NCBI GenBank assembly: GCA_041946735.1
Contig: JBHGAY010000023.1
Coordinates: 15,900-79,899, forward strand
Origin: Candidatus Eiseniibacteriota bacterium
GTDB lineage: Bacteria; Eisenbacteria; RBG-16-71-46; CAIMUX01; VGJL01
Length of the DNA: 64,000 nt
Reading direction: 5' to 3'
The notes under the pieces are model-generated. The model ran no database searches, was not told where the DNA came from, and saw only the letters and a program-made list of their open reading frames with translations. Shown piece after piece: positions 1 through 9,149 of this stretch (position 1 is the first letter of the stretch; every line of letters starts with the position of its first letter). Made by a program: the position numbers and the translations under genes.

Positions 1-50
1 CGCGCGCGATCCGGCCCGAGCGATCGTCGCGTCCCGCCAACGGACCGAGA

Positions 51-2624
51 TTGGAGAACTTACTCGTCAAGCTGCTCTTCCTCCTGCTCGGAGGCGTCCT
101 GCTGCTGGCCCCCGGACTGGGGATCGTGGGGTTCGTCCCTGCATTCCGGCGTTCGCTGCGCCCGGCCGAGCAGATCCCGGTCGCTCTCCTGCTTTCGACG
201 GCGGTCAGCGGGCTCGCGGCGATGGCCGGCAAAGCGGCCGGGATGCGCATCGGCCCCTGGTCGTGGATCCTGCTCTCCGTGTCCCTGCTCCTTCTGGCGG
301 CCGGCACCGTCGCTCGGGCTCGGGCGCGGGCGCGGGCACGAGCGCGGGCGCGAGCGGGGCGGGGCGAGCGGCAGGCGGCGCAGACGGCCCTGGCCGCGCC
401 CGATGGCCGGCCGAAGGGAAGGCGCTACCACCTCTTCCTGATCCTCCTCGGCGCGTTCGCGTTCCTGCTGATGGCGCGAAGCGGCGGCTCACTGGGCCCC
501 GTGCACGACTCGCTCGACTTCGTCGCCTTCGTGCACGAGACGCTCGAGACCGGCGACCTCTCCCCCGCCTCGCCGATCTACGCGGTTCCTCCCGGCACGC
601 CGCCCGATCCGCGGCGGGGGACGTTCCACACGATCGTGGCCGCGATGTGCCGGCTCTCCGGGACGCTGCCGACCGACGCCTGGCGCTGGCTGCCGATGCT
701 GCTCGCGCCGCTCGCGATCGTCGGGCTCGCCGCCCTCTATCGCGCCTGGCTCGGCGAGAAGGTCGCCGTGCTCGGGACGCTGATCTTCGTCGCGTCGACC
801 TTCTTCACCTCCGACCGCTTCATCCAGAACCTCGGCTACGCGAGCCGCTTCGGCTGGGTGGTGGGATGGGGAGCCTTGCTTCTTCTCGCGCGGGGTCTGC
901 AGGCGGCGCGCGACCCGGATCACGCAGGAGCCGGCGCCGCACGCCAACGGCGCAAATGGCTTCTCGGGCTCGCGGCTCTCGGCCCCGCGATCCTGATCCC
1001 GATGCACCTGCTGAGCGGCTTCCAGGTGCTGCTCGCGCTCGGCTGCGCGGGTCTCGCCGTGCTCGTCGATCGGGCGGCCTCGGCGAGCGAGCGTCGCGAC
1101 ACGATCCTGACGGTCGTCGCGGCGACGGTTCTGATCGTCCCGGCCGTGCTGCTCAAGCTGAGGGGAGGCGCGAGCATCGGGAATCCCCTCTTCGATCATC
1201 TCTACGGGGTGCTGCTCGTCGCGCCCGGATGGCCGGTACTGCATCCGGCCTATCTGATCGACCGGTTCGGGATCGCGGGGATCGTCGGCTCGGCGCTCGG
1301 CCTCGCGCTGCTGCCGGTCGCGCGCCGGGACCGCGGGGCGGGCTTCCTTGCCTACTCGACGCTCGTGCCGCTCGCGATCCTCTTCGTGCCGCCGATCGTG
1401 CGAGTGGTCGTCGAGGCGCATGCGCACAGCATGCTCTTCCGCGTGATCCTGACGATCCCGTTCGCCGGGACACTCGCCTTCTGCGCCCTGCGTGCGGCGC
1501 GGACGCTCGCGCAGCCAGCGCCCGCCGGCGGGCGAACGGCGTGGCGGCGGGCAAGAGCCGGCTTCGTCCTGCTGCTCGTGGCGGGCGGGCTCACGGGGCA
1601 GGCGATCGCGACGCGATCGTCGTGGGCGGTGCCCGAGAAGCTGCGGCGGCAATACGAGGAGAGCCAGCCTCTCGTCGCGGCGCTGGACTTCCTCGAACAC
1701 CGCTATCCGCAGCGCCTGACGATCCTCTCCGACCCGATTTCGAGCTACGCGATCCCGGCCTACACGCACCACGACGCTGTCTCGCCGTTCCAGCAGCACT
1801 CCTCGCCGTCCGATTCGACCGTCGACGACCGCCTGCGCGACGTCCAGGAAGCGCTGAACGGCTCGGTCGGGCCGGCCCGCACCTTCGAAGTGCTTCGCCG
1901 GTACGGCGTCGACATGATCCTGCTCAATCAGAGCTGGGGGAGTTTCGTCGACGCCTACTACGTCTTCATCTCGCCGCTCGCCTACGAACGGCAGCGGAAG
2001 AAGTTCGACGGAGCGCCGGATCTCTTCGAGAAGGTCTACGACGCGGATGGTATCGCACTCTACGCGGTGCACGACCCGGGACCGACGGTCGCGCTGCCGC
2101 AGGGGCCGCCCCCCGAGTGGCGCACTGAGGATCCGGGGAACGCGCCGATCCTGCGCGCCGGGCCGGTGGCGCTGCTGCGCGCCGCGCCGCGCGATTCCAT
2201 CGCGCCGATCGACGGCTGGCTCTGCTTGGACCTCCTGTGGCGGAGGACCGAGGAGCCGTACCGGTTGCCGGCCGGCGCGGAGATCAAGGTGCAGCACCAC
2301 ACCGAAGACGGCCGCTACGGGGTTCCTGTGCTCGGCCGCCTGCTTCGCGTGATCGATGCTACGAGCGGGAAGCGGATGACGCGCTTCGGCCAACCATTCC
2401 GCCCTCTCGCGACCTTCTATCCGGACTTCTTGTGGAAGCCCGGCGAGGTGTATCGCGACGAGCTGTGGTTGCACGTTCCCGAGATCGCCATCCCGGGGAT
2501 GTACGACATCTACCTCCGGCTCGGCGTCGAGCCATACGCACCGGTCGCCTGGCTCGACGAGATGGTGTCGAACCGCCTGCGGGACGATTGGAAGAAGGTC
2601 GGAGAGGTGAGGATCGGCGACTGA
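51..2624 (+). CDS. Polytopic membrane protein with large soluble C-terminal region, possibly GT-C-like glycosyltransferase
   Basis: 857-aa ORF (TTG start) with more than 10 hydrophobic segments, an early loop containing HDSLD and a soluble C-terminus; GT-C resemblance is from architecture only. Confidence 0.55.
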   Translation: MENLLVKLLFLLLGGVLLLAPGLGIVGFVPAFRRSLRPAEQIPVALLLSTAVSGLAAMAGKAAGMRIGPWSWILLSVSLLLLAAGTVARARARARARARARAGRGERQAAQTALAAPDGRPKGRRYHLFLILLGAFAFLLMARSGGSLGPVHDSLDFVAFVHETLETGDLSPASPIYAVPPGTPPDPRRGTFHTIVAAMCRLSGTLPTDAWRWLPMLLAPLAIVGLAALYRAWLGEKVAVLGTLIFVASTFFTSDRFIQNLGYASRFGWVVGWGALLLLARGLQAARDPDHAGAGAARQRRKWLLGLAALGPAILIPMHLLSGFQVLLALGCAGLAVLVDRAASASERRDTILTVVAATVLIVPAVLLKLRGGASIGNPLFDHLYGVLLVAPGWPVLHPAYLIDRFGIAGIVGSALGLALLPVARRDRGAGFLAYSTLVPLAILFVPPIVRVVVEAHAHSMLFRVILTIPFAGTLAFCALRAARTLAQPAPAGGRTAWRRARAGFVLLLVAGGLTGQAIATRSSWAVPEKLRRQYEESQPLVAALDFLEHRYPQRLTILSDPISSYAIPAYTHHDAVSPFQQHSSPSDSTVDDRLRDVQEALNGSVGPARTFEVLRRYGVDMILLNQSWGSFVDAYYVFISPLAYERQRKKFDGAPDLFEKVYDADGIALYAVHDPGPTVALPQGPPPEWRTEDPGNAPILRAGPVALLRAAPRDSIAPIDGWLCLDLLWRRTEEPYRLPAGAEIKVQHHTEDGRYGVPVLGRLLRVIDATSGKRMTRFGQPFRPLATFYPDFLWKPGEVYRDELWLHVPEIAIPGMYDIYLRLGVEPYAPVAWLDEMVSNRLRDDWKKVGEVRIGD
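312..356 (+). repeat. Hexamer repeat encoding (Ala-Arg)n
   Basis: GCTCGG/GCGCGG/GCACGA units encode ARARARARARARARA in the 51..2624 frame. Confidence 0.85.
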
Positions 2625-2728
2625 GCGGCGACCAGGCTAAGCCTACAGCCTGGCGCTGCGGCATCCGCCGCGCCAGGAGGAGAAGCGCTTCGGCGAGCGG
2701 GTGATGACGTAGCCGCAAGACCCGAGGA

Positions 2729-3376
2729 TCAAGCTCTCCGCTCGATCAGCGCACGCATGAGACGGGTTCCCGCCGCAATCACCGGCCCTCCCATCGGATC
2801 TTTCGAGAGAACGTCGAGCGGCGCCTCTCCGAAGTGCAGGCCCGAGGCGGTCAGCATGTTGATGCGGGCGCTGCCTGCCGGCGGAGCGCCACGCCTCGCG
2901 CCCGCCCAAGGTCCGATGACGTCCGCGACCCGTTGCCCCTCCTCGATCAGCGCGTCGATGAGGCCGTCGATCGTGGCGTCCGATCCCGCAGCTTCCCAGA
3001 GGATCACCGCGCCCCCGTGATGGAGGAACCGGGCCGTACGATCCGCATAGGCAGCGAGCGTGTCGAGACCCTCCGGAAGATGGACTTCCAGCACGACGCC
3101 GCGCACGCGTTTGCCTTCCCCGGGCCCCGGCTCCACGCCCATCTCCCTCATGAAGTGCCACGCCTGCAGCGTCTGCCTCGATTCCAGGTCGCTCCTGCCC
3201 GCGATCTCGCGCAGCAGCCGGACAGCTTCGTTCCGATCGCCCCGCGCCAGCGCGCCGCGCGCGTCCTCGAAGCCGCGCCACGCCTCGGATCCCGCAGCCG
3301 CCGCAACCACCTCGTCGCTTGGCGTCCACTCAGCAAGCGGGACATCGGCGAAAAGCATGTCTCGAAGGTCAGGCAT
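2729..3376 (-). CDS. Hypothetical protein
   Basis: ATG at 3376 (MPDLRDMLFADVPL) with GGAGGA upstream; globular composition; no recognised motif. Confidence 0.7.
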   Translation of the reverse strand: MPDLRDMLFADVPLAEWTPSDEVVAAAAGSEAWRGFEDARGALARGDRNEAVRLLREIAGRSDLESRQTLQAWHFMREMGVEPGPGEGKRVRGVVLEVHLPEGLDTLAAYADRTARFLHHGGAVILWEAAGSDATIDGLIDALIEEGQRVADVIGPWAGARRGAPPAGSARINMLTASGLHFGEAPLDVLSKDPMGGPVIAAGTRLMRALIERRA

Positions 3377-3624
3377 CGGTCGTTCCTCCAAATTGGGGCG
3401 GAGCCGGGTGGCATCGCTTCACGGCTGCGGGACATGCGAGCATACACGGACGCGTTCCGACCGGCCCCCATCGATTCGCAGTTGTCGCTTCAAAGACGCC
3501 CGGGCGGAGTCTAGAATCAGGGTTGCGAATCGTGCGTGACCAGGTCCCGCCGGCCGGCGAGTCGCCGATCCGGCAGGGACATTTCCATCGATCACCCATT
3601 CGTCTCCAGAAGGGGTCCTTCGAG

Positions 3625-5091
3625 ATGTTCCGGTCGTCGTCGCCGCAGCGTCGCCGGTTTTTTGCGCTCGTCTTCGTTCTGCTGATCGCCCCACTCGGCT
3701 TCTCGGCCGTTCTCGGTCTCTCCGCCGCCCTTGCCGACACCTGGTTCGGAGATCCGATCGTCACCCCCGTCGACCGACGCCAGCTCGGCCTGCGGGTCGC
3801 CGATCTCGACCGGGACGGAACGGACGAGGTCATCGCGTCCAACACCGCCTCCCAGTACGTGGTCTACCGTGCCGACTCCACGGGAATGTTCACCGCCGGC
3901 CAGATGCTCCCCGGGTATCTGTGGGGCGCGTTCACAGCCCTCGATGACAATCAGGACGGATGGCCGGACCTGCTCGTTCAGGAAACCCAAAGCCTGCTTC
4001 GCCTGTGGCGCAACGACGGCTCTGGGCAGCTCGTCGACTCGGGGTTCACGATCCCGCTGCAATCCACGATCCTCTCGGTGGGCCGGCTTCCAGGAGACTC
4101 GGTTCCCGATCTGATGGTTCGGGGAAGCGACGCGGATCTTCTTCTCCTCCACCATGGCATGGTCACGGGACTCTTCTCGACGCCCGACTCCGTCCTGCTG
4201 CGCCTCACCGGAGAGCCGCCCAACACGTTCGCCGCGAACATGGCTGTCCTCTACGATCTGAACCTCGACGGTCTCGCCGACGTGTTCGCGTCCGGATGGC
4301 GTCCGGCGGAATGGCTGCCGGAGATTCGCTGGAGGCTGTCGCGTCCCGACGGGTCCTTCGGACCGATCCGCCGCTTCTTGCACGAGAGCCCGATGAGCGA
4401 GTTCAACCATTTCACGATCAAGGACATGGACGCGGACGGGGATCCGGAGATCGCCGTGATGTGGGTCGGCTTCGAATGGGGCAACACCTTCATCTACTCG
4501 TATCGTCGCGCGACCGACGATCTGGACTATCTCTGCACGGCGCCGGGCTACGGCCTGCCGGTCGTCGAGCACCTCGACGACGATCTTCGCGCCGACCTCA
4601 TGATGACCGATTACGGGACGACGAGCGTCTACCGCTACCTCGGAGGATCGTCGTTCCAGCTCGTGCAGTCCTTCCCGGGAGAGAACATGACGCTCGCCTC
4701 GATCCTCGGGTTCGAGGCCCGCGATCTCGTCTACTCGAGGAGGGATCCCAACGAGATCCACGTCCGCCGCAGCCTCGTCGCCCCCGCCTCTACGGAGGAG
4801 CCCTCGCTCGATGGTCGGGTGCGACTCGTCGCCGCCCCCAGCGTGGCGGTGAACGACGTCCGTATCGGCTTCCGCGGGCTCACCCGGCCGATGCGCGGCG
4901 CCCAGGACCGGATCGAGATCTTCGACGTAGCCGGCCGCGAGGTGCGCAGGCTGCCCCTCGGTCCCGGTACGGTGGCGACGACTTGGGACTTGCGGGCCGA
5001 CTCCGGCGCCCGGGTCGCGCCCGGCGTCTATTTCCTGCGCGCGACCCTCGGCGGCACCCTCTGTCGAGGCAGGGTTCACGTGCTGCGATGA
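3625..5091 (+). CDS. Secreted FG-GAP/VCBS repeat protein with FlgD-Ig/T9SS-like C-terminal domain
   Basis: Signal peptide; DLDRDG, DDNQDGWPD, DLNLDG, DMDADGD repeats; tail IFDVAGREVRRL..WDLRADSGARVAPGVYFLR. TAGAAT at 3512-3517 upstream. Confidence 0.85.
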   Translation: MFRSSSPQRRRFFALVFVLLIAPLGFSAVLGLSAALADTWFGDPIVTPVDRRQLGLRVADLDRDGTDEVIASNTASQYVVYRADSTGMFTAGQMLPGYLWGAFTALDDNQDGWPDLLVQETQSLLRLWRNDGSGQLVDSGFTIPLQSTILSVGRLPGDSVPDLMVRGSDADLLLLHHGMVTGLFSTPDSVLLRLTGEPPNTFAANMAVLYDLNLDGLADVFASGWRPAEWLPEIRWRLSRPDGSFGPIRRFLHESPMSEFNHFTIKDMDADGDPEIAVMWVGFEWGNTFIYSYRRATDDLDYLCTAPGYGLPVVEHLDDDLRADLMMTDYGTTSVYRYLGGSSFQLVQSFPGENMTLASILGFEARDLVYSRRDPNEIHVRRSLVAPASTEEPSLDGRVRLVAAPSVAVNDVRIGFRGLTRPMRGAQDRIEIFDVAGREVRRLPLGPGTVATTWDLRADSGARVAPGVYFLRATLGGTLCRGRVHVLR

Positions 5092-5122
5092 AGGCGAAAG
5101 CGACCCTTCGCCTCCGTCACCG

Positions 5123-7096
5123 TCACTTCAAGAGGATCACGCGAACCGTCCTGCTCGCCCCGCCGGCTCGCAGGCGGCAGAAGTAGACGCCGTTCGAGAG
5201 CGCGGCGCCCTCCTCGCCGGTACGATCCCACGCGACTGCGTGCGTCCCGGCGCCGAGCGGTCCCAGGACGAGCCTGCGGACGCGCCTCCCGGCCGCGTCG
5301 AAAACCGAGAGATCGACGACGGAAGCTTCGGCCAGTGCGAACGTCAACGTCGTCCGTCCCGAGAACGGGTTGGGGCTGGCCCGGAGGTCCGCCGGTCCCA
5401 GCCCGATCTCCTCCGCGGCGATGCCGGACGCCCCGGTATTCTCGAAGTAGTTGAAGGTGCCGGAGTAGTTGCCGACGGTGAGATCGAGGTCATGGTCGCC
5501 GTCCAGGTCACCGAACGCGGGAGCCGCGTTCTGCCCGACCACGAGGCCCGCAACGACCGTCGGATCCTCCTGCCAGGCGGTCCCTACGTGCCGGAAGAAG
5601 CGGAGCTCGTGCGAGAGCGTGCCCGCGAGCAGATCGATGTCGCCGTCCCGGTCGTAGTCCGCGAGGGTCGGCGAGCAGTTCGATCCGACGTCGATCGACC
5701 CGAAGTACGAGGGGACCTCCTGCCACGCCATCGTCTCCTCGCCGACGTTCTGGAAGTAACGCAGCCGGCCGGCTTCGTTCCCGACCACGAGGTCGAGGTC
5801 GCCGTCTCCGTCCATGTCGACCAGGCGCGGGACCGACCACGCGCCGACGTTGATCCCGGCGAACACGCTCGGGTCGTACACGAAGCCCGATCCGGTGTTG
5901 TGGTGGAAGAACAGGTTGCCCGAGAGGTCGCCGACCACGGCATCCGGAAGATCGTCCCCGTCGAGCATGCCGAGCGCGATCGCCGAGTAGATGGAATGAT
6001 CGATGTCCACGAAGAGCTGGTGCGCGGCGAGCCATGCGGGCGCCTCGACCGTCCCGACGTTCTCGTAGTACTTGATGTCGCCGAGCTGGCTGCCGCTCGC
6101 GAGATCGAGGTCTCCATCGCGATCGAAATCGTAGAGGAACGGCGAACTGGCCGCGCCGACGTCGAGCACGCCGCCGAAGAGCGAGGTGTCGACGACCCAG
6201 ACGGGATCGGCCGGCGGGCCGCCATTGACGTAGTACTGCAAGCTTCCGGCGCTCGTGCCGAAGACGAGGTCCGGCAAGCCGTCGCCGCCGAGATCGCTCA
6301 AGGACGGAGAGTTCCAATAGGTCGATGCGCCGAGTCCTTCGAAGACGTTCGGGTCTTCGACCCAGGCCCAGGCCGTCGGATTGCCGTCGTTCCTGTAGTA
6401 GACGAAACCATGCTCGTCGCGGCCGGCGACCAGGTCGACGTCGAGGTCGCCGTCCAGGTCGACCAGGTAGGGATAGGCGTAGAGGCCGATGTCGAACCAG
6501 GACTGCGCTTGGGCCTCGGAGAACGCCGGGGCGCCGGGCGTCCCGATGTTGGGGAAGAACTTGATCATTCCGCTCTCGCTCAGACCGGCGACCAAGTCCA
6601 GGTCGTGATCCTGGTCGAGGTCGGCGAGGGCCGGCACGGGGCTGGGGCCGGTGACGAGACCGGAGAAGAGGTCGGTGCGCCGGAGAAAGGCCGGAGCCGT
6701 CGCGGTTCCCGTGTTCTCGAAGAAGATCAGCCCGTAGAAGCCCCCGGTGACGAGATCGAGATCGCCGTCGCCGTCGAGGTCCCCGCAGACGCCGACCTCC
6801 GCGTCGAGCGGTCCGACGGGAGCGAAGATGTCGGGGCCGGGGGCAAACCTCGGCGCGACCGGCGTCCCGGTGTTCTCGTAATAGAGGAGCGTCGTCTCGG
6901 TGCTGCCGAGCATGAGGTCCATGTCCCCGTCCGCATCCAGATCGGCGAAGCGCGGCTGCGAGAAGGTGAGCGAAGGAATCCCGCTGGGATTGAAGATCGA
7001 GTCGTCCTGCCGCCAGTTCTGCGCCTGGGAGGCGCTGGCGGCGGCGAGCATTGCGAGGAGCGAGCCGAGGAGGATCGATCTGCCGGGGGTGCGCAC
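5123..7096 (-). CDS. Secreted FG-GAP/VCBS repeat protein with FlgD-Ig/T9SS-like C-terminal domain
   Basis: GTG at 7096 with GGAAGGAG SD; signal peptide; about 10 DxDxDGDxD repeats; tail PNPF..VFDAAGRRVRRL..WD..NGVYFCRL. Confidence 0.9.
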   Translation of the reverse strand: MRTPGRSILLGSLLAMLAAASASQAQNWRQDDSIFNPSGIPSLTFSQPRFADLDADGDMDLMLGSTETTLLYYENTGTPVAPRFAPGPDIFAPVGPLDAEVGVCGDLDGDGDLDLVTGGFYGLIFFENTGTATAPAFLRRTDLFSGLVTGPSPVPALADLDQDHDLDLVAGLSESGMIKFFPNIGTPGAPAFSEAQAQSWFDIGLYAYPYLVDLDGDLDVDLVAGRDEHGFVYYRNDGNPTAWAWVEDPNVFEGLGASTYWNSPSLSDLGGDGLPDLVFGTSAGSLQYYVNGGPPADPVWVVDTSLFGGVLDVGAASSPFLYDFDRDGDLDLASGSQLGDIKYYENVGTVEAPAWLAAHQLFVDIDHSIYSAIALGMLDGDDLPDAVVGDLSGNLFFHHNTGSGFVYDPSVFAGINVGAWSVPRLVDMDGDGDLDLVVGNEAGRLRYFQNVGEETMAWQEVPSYFGSIDVGSNCSPTLADYDRDGDIDLLAGTLSHELRFFRHVGTAWQEDPTVVAGLVVGQNAAPAFGDLDGDHDLDLTVGNYSGTFNYFENTGASGIAAEEIGLGPADLRASPNPFSGRTTLTFALAEASVVDLSVFDAAGRRVRRLVLGPLGAGTHAVAWDRTGEEGAALSNGVYFCRLRAGGASRTVRVILLK

Positions 7097-7256
7097 CTGG
7101 CATCTCCTTCCTTGTGGGTTCGTCGGCCGTCGCCGTTGTGCGAGTGCGACATGCAATCGTGAGCGATATCGATGATAGGCGACCGCACGGGGATCGTCAA
7201 CGCGTTCGGCCGGCAGGCGGCCGGATCGAGTACGCCGATGACGGCCGGCCCGGCGG

Positions 7257-7311
7257 GCGCCGGGCTGGCGAGCGCCGGGCTGGCGAGCGCCGGGCTGGCG
7301 AGCGCCGGGCT
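7257..7311. repeat. 15-bp tandem repeat (GCGCCGGGCTGGCGA, about 3.7 copies) in a divergent intergenic region
   Basis: Three perfect units plus a partial one, with no spacers. Confidence 0.9.
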
Positions 7312-7413
7312 TGTACGAAAGGCGACATTCTCGTAGCCTTTCCTCTTGCACAGATCGAATAGCCGGAAGTTGAAGGGCAGGGTCGGAAGTCGAGGGGCAA
7401 AGTCGGAAAGGAG

Positions 7414-8934
7414 ATGAGAATTCCGATGCGGCCGCACCGCTCCCGGAGAGCTGCCTCGAGTCGCCCGCGATTCGCTCGACCGATCCCCGCCATGTTTCGC
7501 GCCTCCCTCGTCCCCCTCGCCGTTCTCCTGGTCGGCCTCCCGCTCGGCGGCTGCTCTGACGACGACTCGCCGGCAGCCGATCGCGTGGCGCCCGCGCAGG
7601 CCGCGATCTTGACCGTCCAGGTCCATCCGACGGGGGTGTTCCTCGCCTGGACGGCCCCCGGGGATGACGGCAACACCGGGACGGCGGCCGAATACGAGAT
7701 TCGATATTCCACCGGATGGATCACGCAGGAGAACTGGGATACCGGCACCCTGGTACGCAATGTCGAAGCTCCCGAGGAAGCAGGCACGACGCAGGTTGCG
7801 TTCGTCCTCGACCTGGCGCCAGGGACCCTCTACTTCTTTTCCGTTCGGACCGCCGACGAAGCGGGCAACTGGTCTCCGATCTCGGACCCGGTCTCGGCCG
7901 TCACGATCGGCGACAACCCCGAGGACTCACACTGGTGGGACGGATTCGGCAACGAGTCGGCTCCCTTCGGCGACGTGCTCGCCTTGACGGTGCACGACGG
8001 CGAGCTGATCGTGGGCGGCCTGTTCAATCACGTCGGCTCGATGCCCGCAGACGCGGTCGCCGCATGGAACGGAACGAGCTGGCGGGCGCTGGGGAACTCC
8101 AGCGGCCTCGAGACCGTGCAGGCGCTCACTTCGTGGAACGGGAACCTGATCGCGGCCGGACGCGCCGCCATGGCGAAGGGACCGGAGCGCTACATGGTCG
8201 CCTCCTGGGACGGTTCGTCCTGGACTCCGCTCGGACCCGCGACCTGGATCGAAGCGGATGACGAGGTCCGCGCTCTCGCCGTCTTCGAAGGAGACCTGAT
8301 CGCCGGGGGCAGCTTCAATCTCTGTGCGGGAGGCTCATGCCCCAACGTCGCGCGCTGGGACGGCGATTCGTGGTCGCTTCTCTCGGGCGGGCTCGACGGT
8401 CCGGTGCGCGCCCTTCTCGTCCACGACGGCACCCTCTACGCGGCAGGCCACATCGGCGCCGGGACGGTCGGCGTCGCCGCATGGGACGGATCGCACTGGA
8501 AGCCTGTCGGCTCGGGAATCGAAGGGACGGTGACCGCGCTCACCGTCTTCGAAGGCGACCTCGTCGCGGCCGGAGACATCTGCCGGTCGGGCGGATCGGC
8601 GTCGGAGCGGGTCCTGCGCTGGAACGGAAGCTCCTGGTCTGGGGTGGGCGGCAGCGTCCCGATGACATGTCTGCTGTCTCTCGGCGTCCACGACGGCGCC
8701 CTGATCGTGGGGGGGATGTTCGGCCACCAGGGGGCAACGAGCTGCCCGAGTCCGTTCCGCATGCTCTCCGCCTGGGACGGGATCGCCTGGCGCTCCCCCG
8801 GTTCCGGCCTTCTGTCCAGCACCGAGGATGCCGGCGTAGCCGCAATCCAGGCTTACGACGGCGACTTGTATGTTGGCGGCGTATTCCTCGAAGCGGGAGG
8901 TAAGCCGTCGATCTGCATCGCGCGCTGGCGGTGA
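7414..8934 (+). CDS. Lipoprotein with fibronectin-III domain and beta-propeller repeats
   Basis: Lipobox LGGC; FN3-like LAWTAPGDDG..YEIRYS..LYFFSVRTADEAGNWS; repeated W(D/N)GxxW blades. Start may be 7426 or 7492. Confidence 0.8.
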   Translation: MRIPMRPHRSRRAASSRPRFARPIPAMFRASLVPLAVLLVGLPLGGCSDDDSPAADRVAPAQAAILTVQVHPTGVFLAWTAPGDDGNTGTAAEYEIRYSTGWITQENWDTGTLVRNVEAPEEAGTTQVAFVLDLAPGTLYFFSVRTADEAGNWSPISDPVSAVTIGDNPEDSHWWDGFGNESAPFGDVLALTVHDGELIVGGLFNHVGSMPADAVAAWNGTSWRALGNSSGLETVQALTSWNGNLIAAGRAAMAKGPERYMVASWDGSSWTPLGPATWIEADDEVRALAVFEGDLIAGGSFNLCAGGSCPNVARWDGDSWSLLSGGLDGPVRALLVHDGTLYAAGHIGAGTVGVAAWDGSHWKPVGSGIEGTVTALTVFEGDLVAAGDICRSGGSASERVLRWNGSSWSGVGGSVPMTCLLSLGVHDGALIVGGMFGHQGATSCPSPFRMLSAWDGIAWRSPGSGLLSSTEDAGVAAIQAYDGDLYVGGVFLEAGGKPSICIARWR

Positions 8935-8968
8935 TCAGCGGACGTCCTTCCGAGCCTTACGGACTCGC

Positions 8969-9059
8969 CACGAGATCCTTAGCGGATTCCCTCGCGAGAT
9001 CCCTTTGCGGTTCCCTCACGAGATCCTTAGCGGTTCCCTCACCGATTCCTGCGTTCCCT
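8969..9059. repeat. Degenerate 20-24-bp tandem repeat (CACGAGATCCTTAGCGGTTCCCT-like, 4 copies)
   Basis: Units at 8969, 8993, 9017 and 9040, contiguous; TAGAAT follows at 9077-9082. Confidence 0.8.
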
Positions 9060-9149
9060 CGCGATGCCGGTTCCGCTAGAATCGGGACCGCTGAAACGGC
9101 ACATGGTCGCATCGTCTTTCCGCCAGCAGCAACCAGGGGGAACCTCGCC

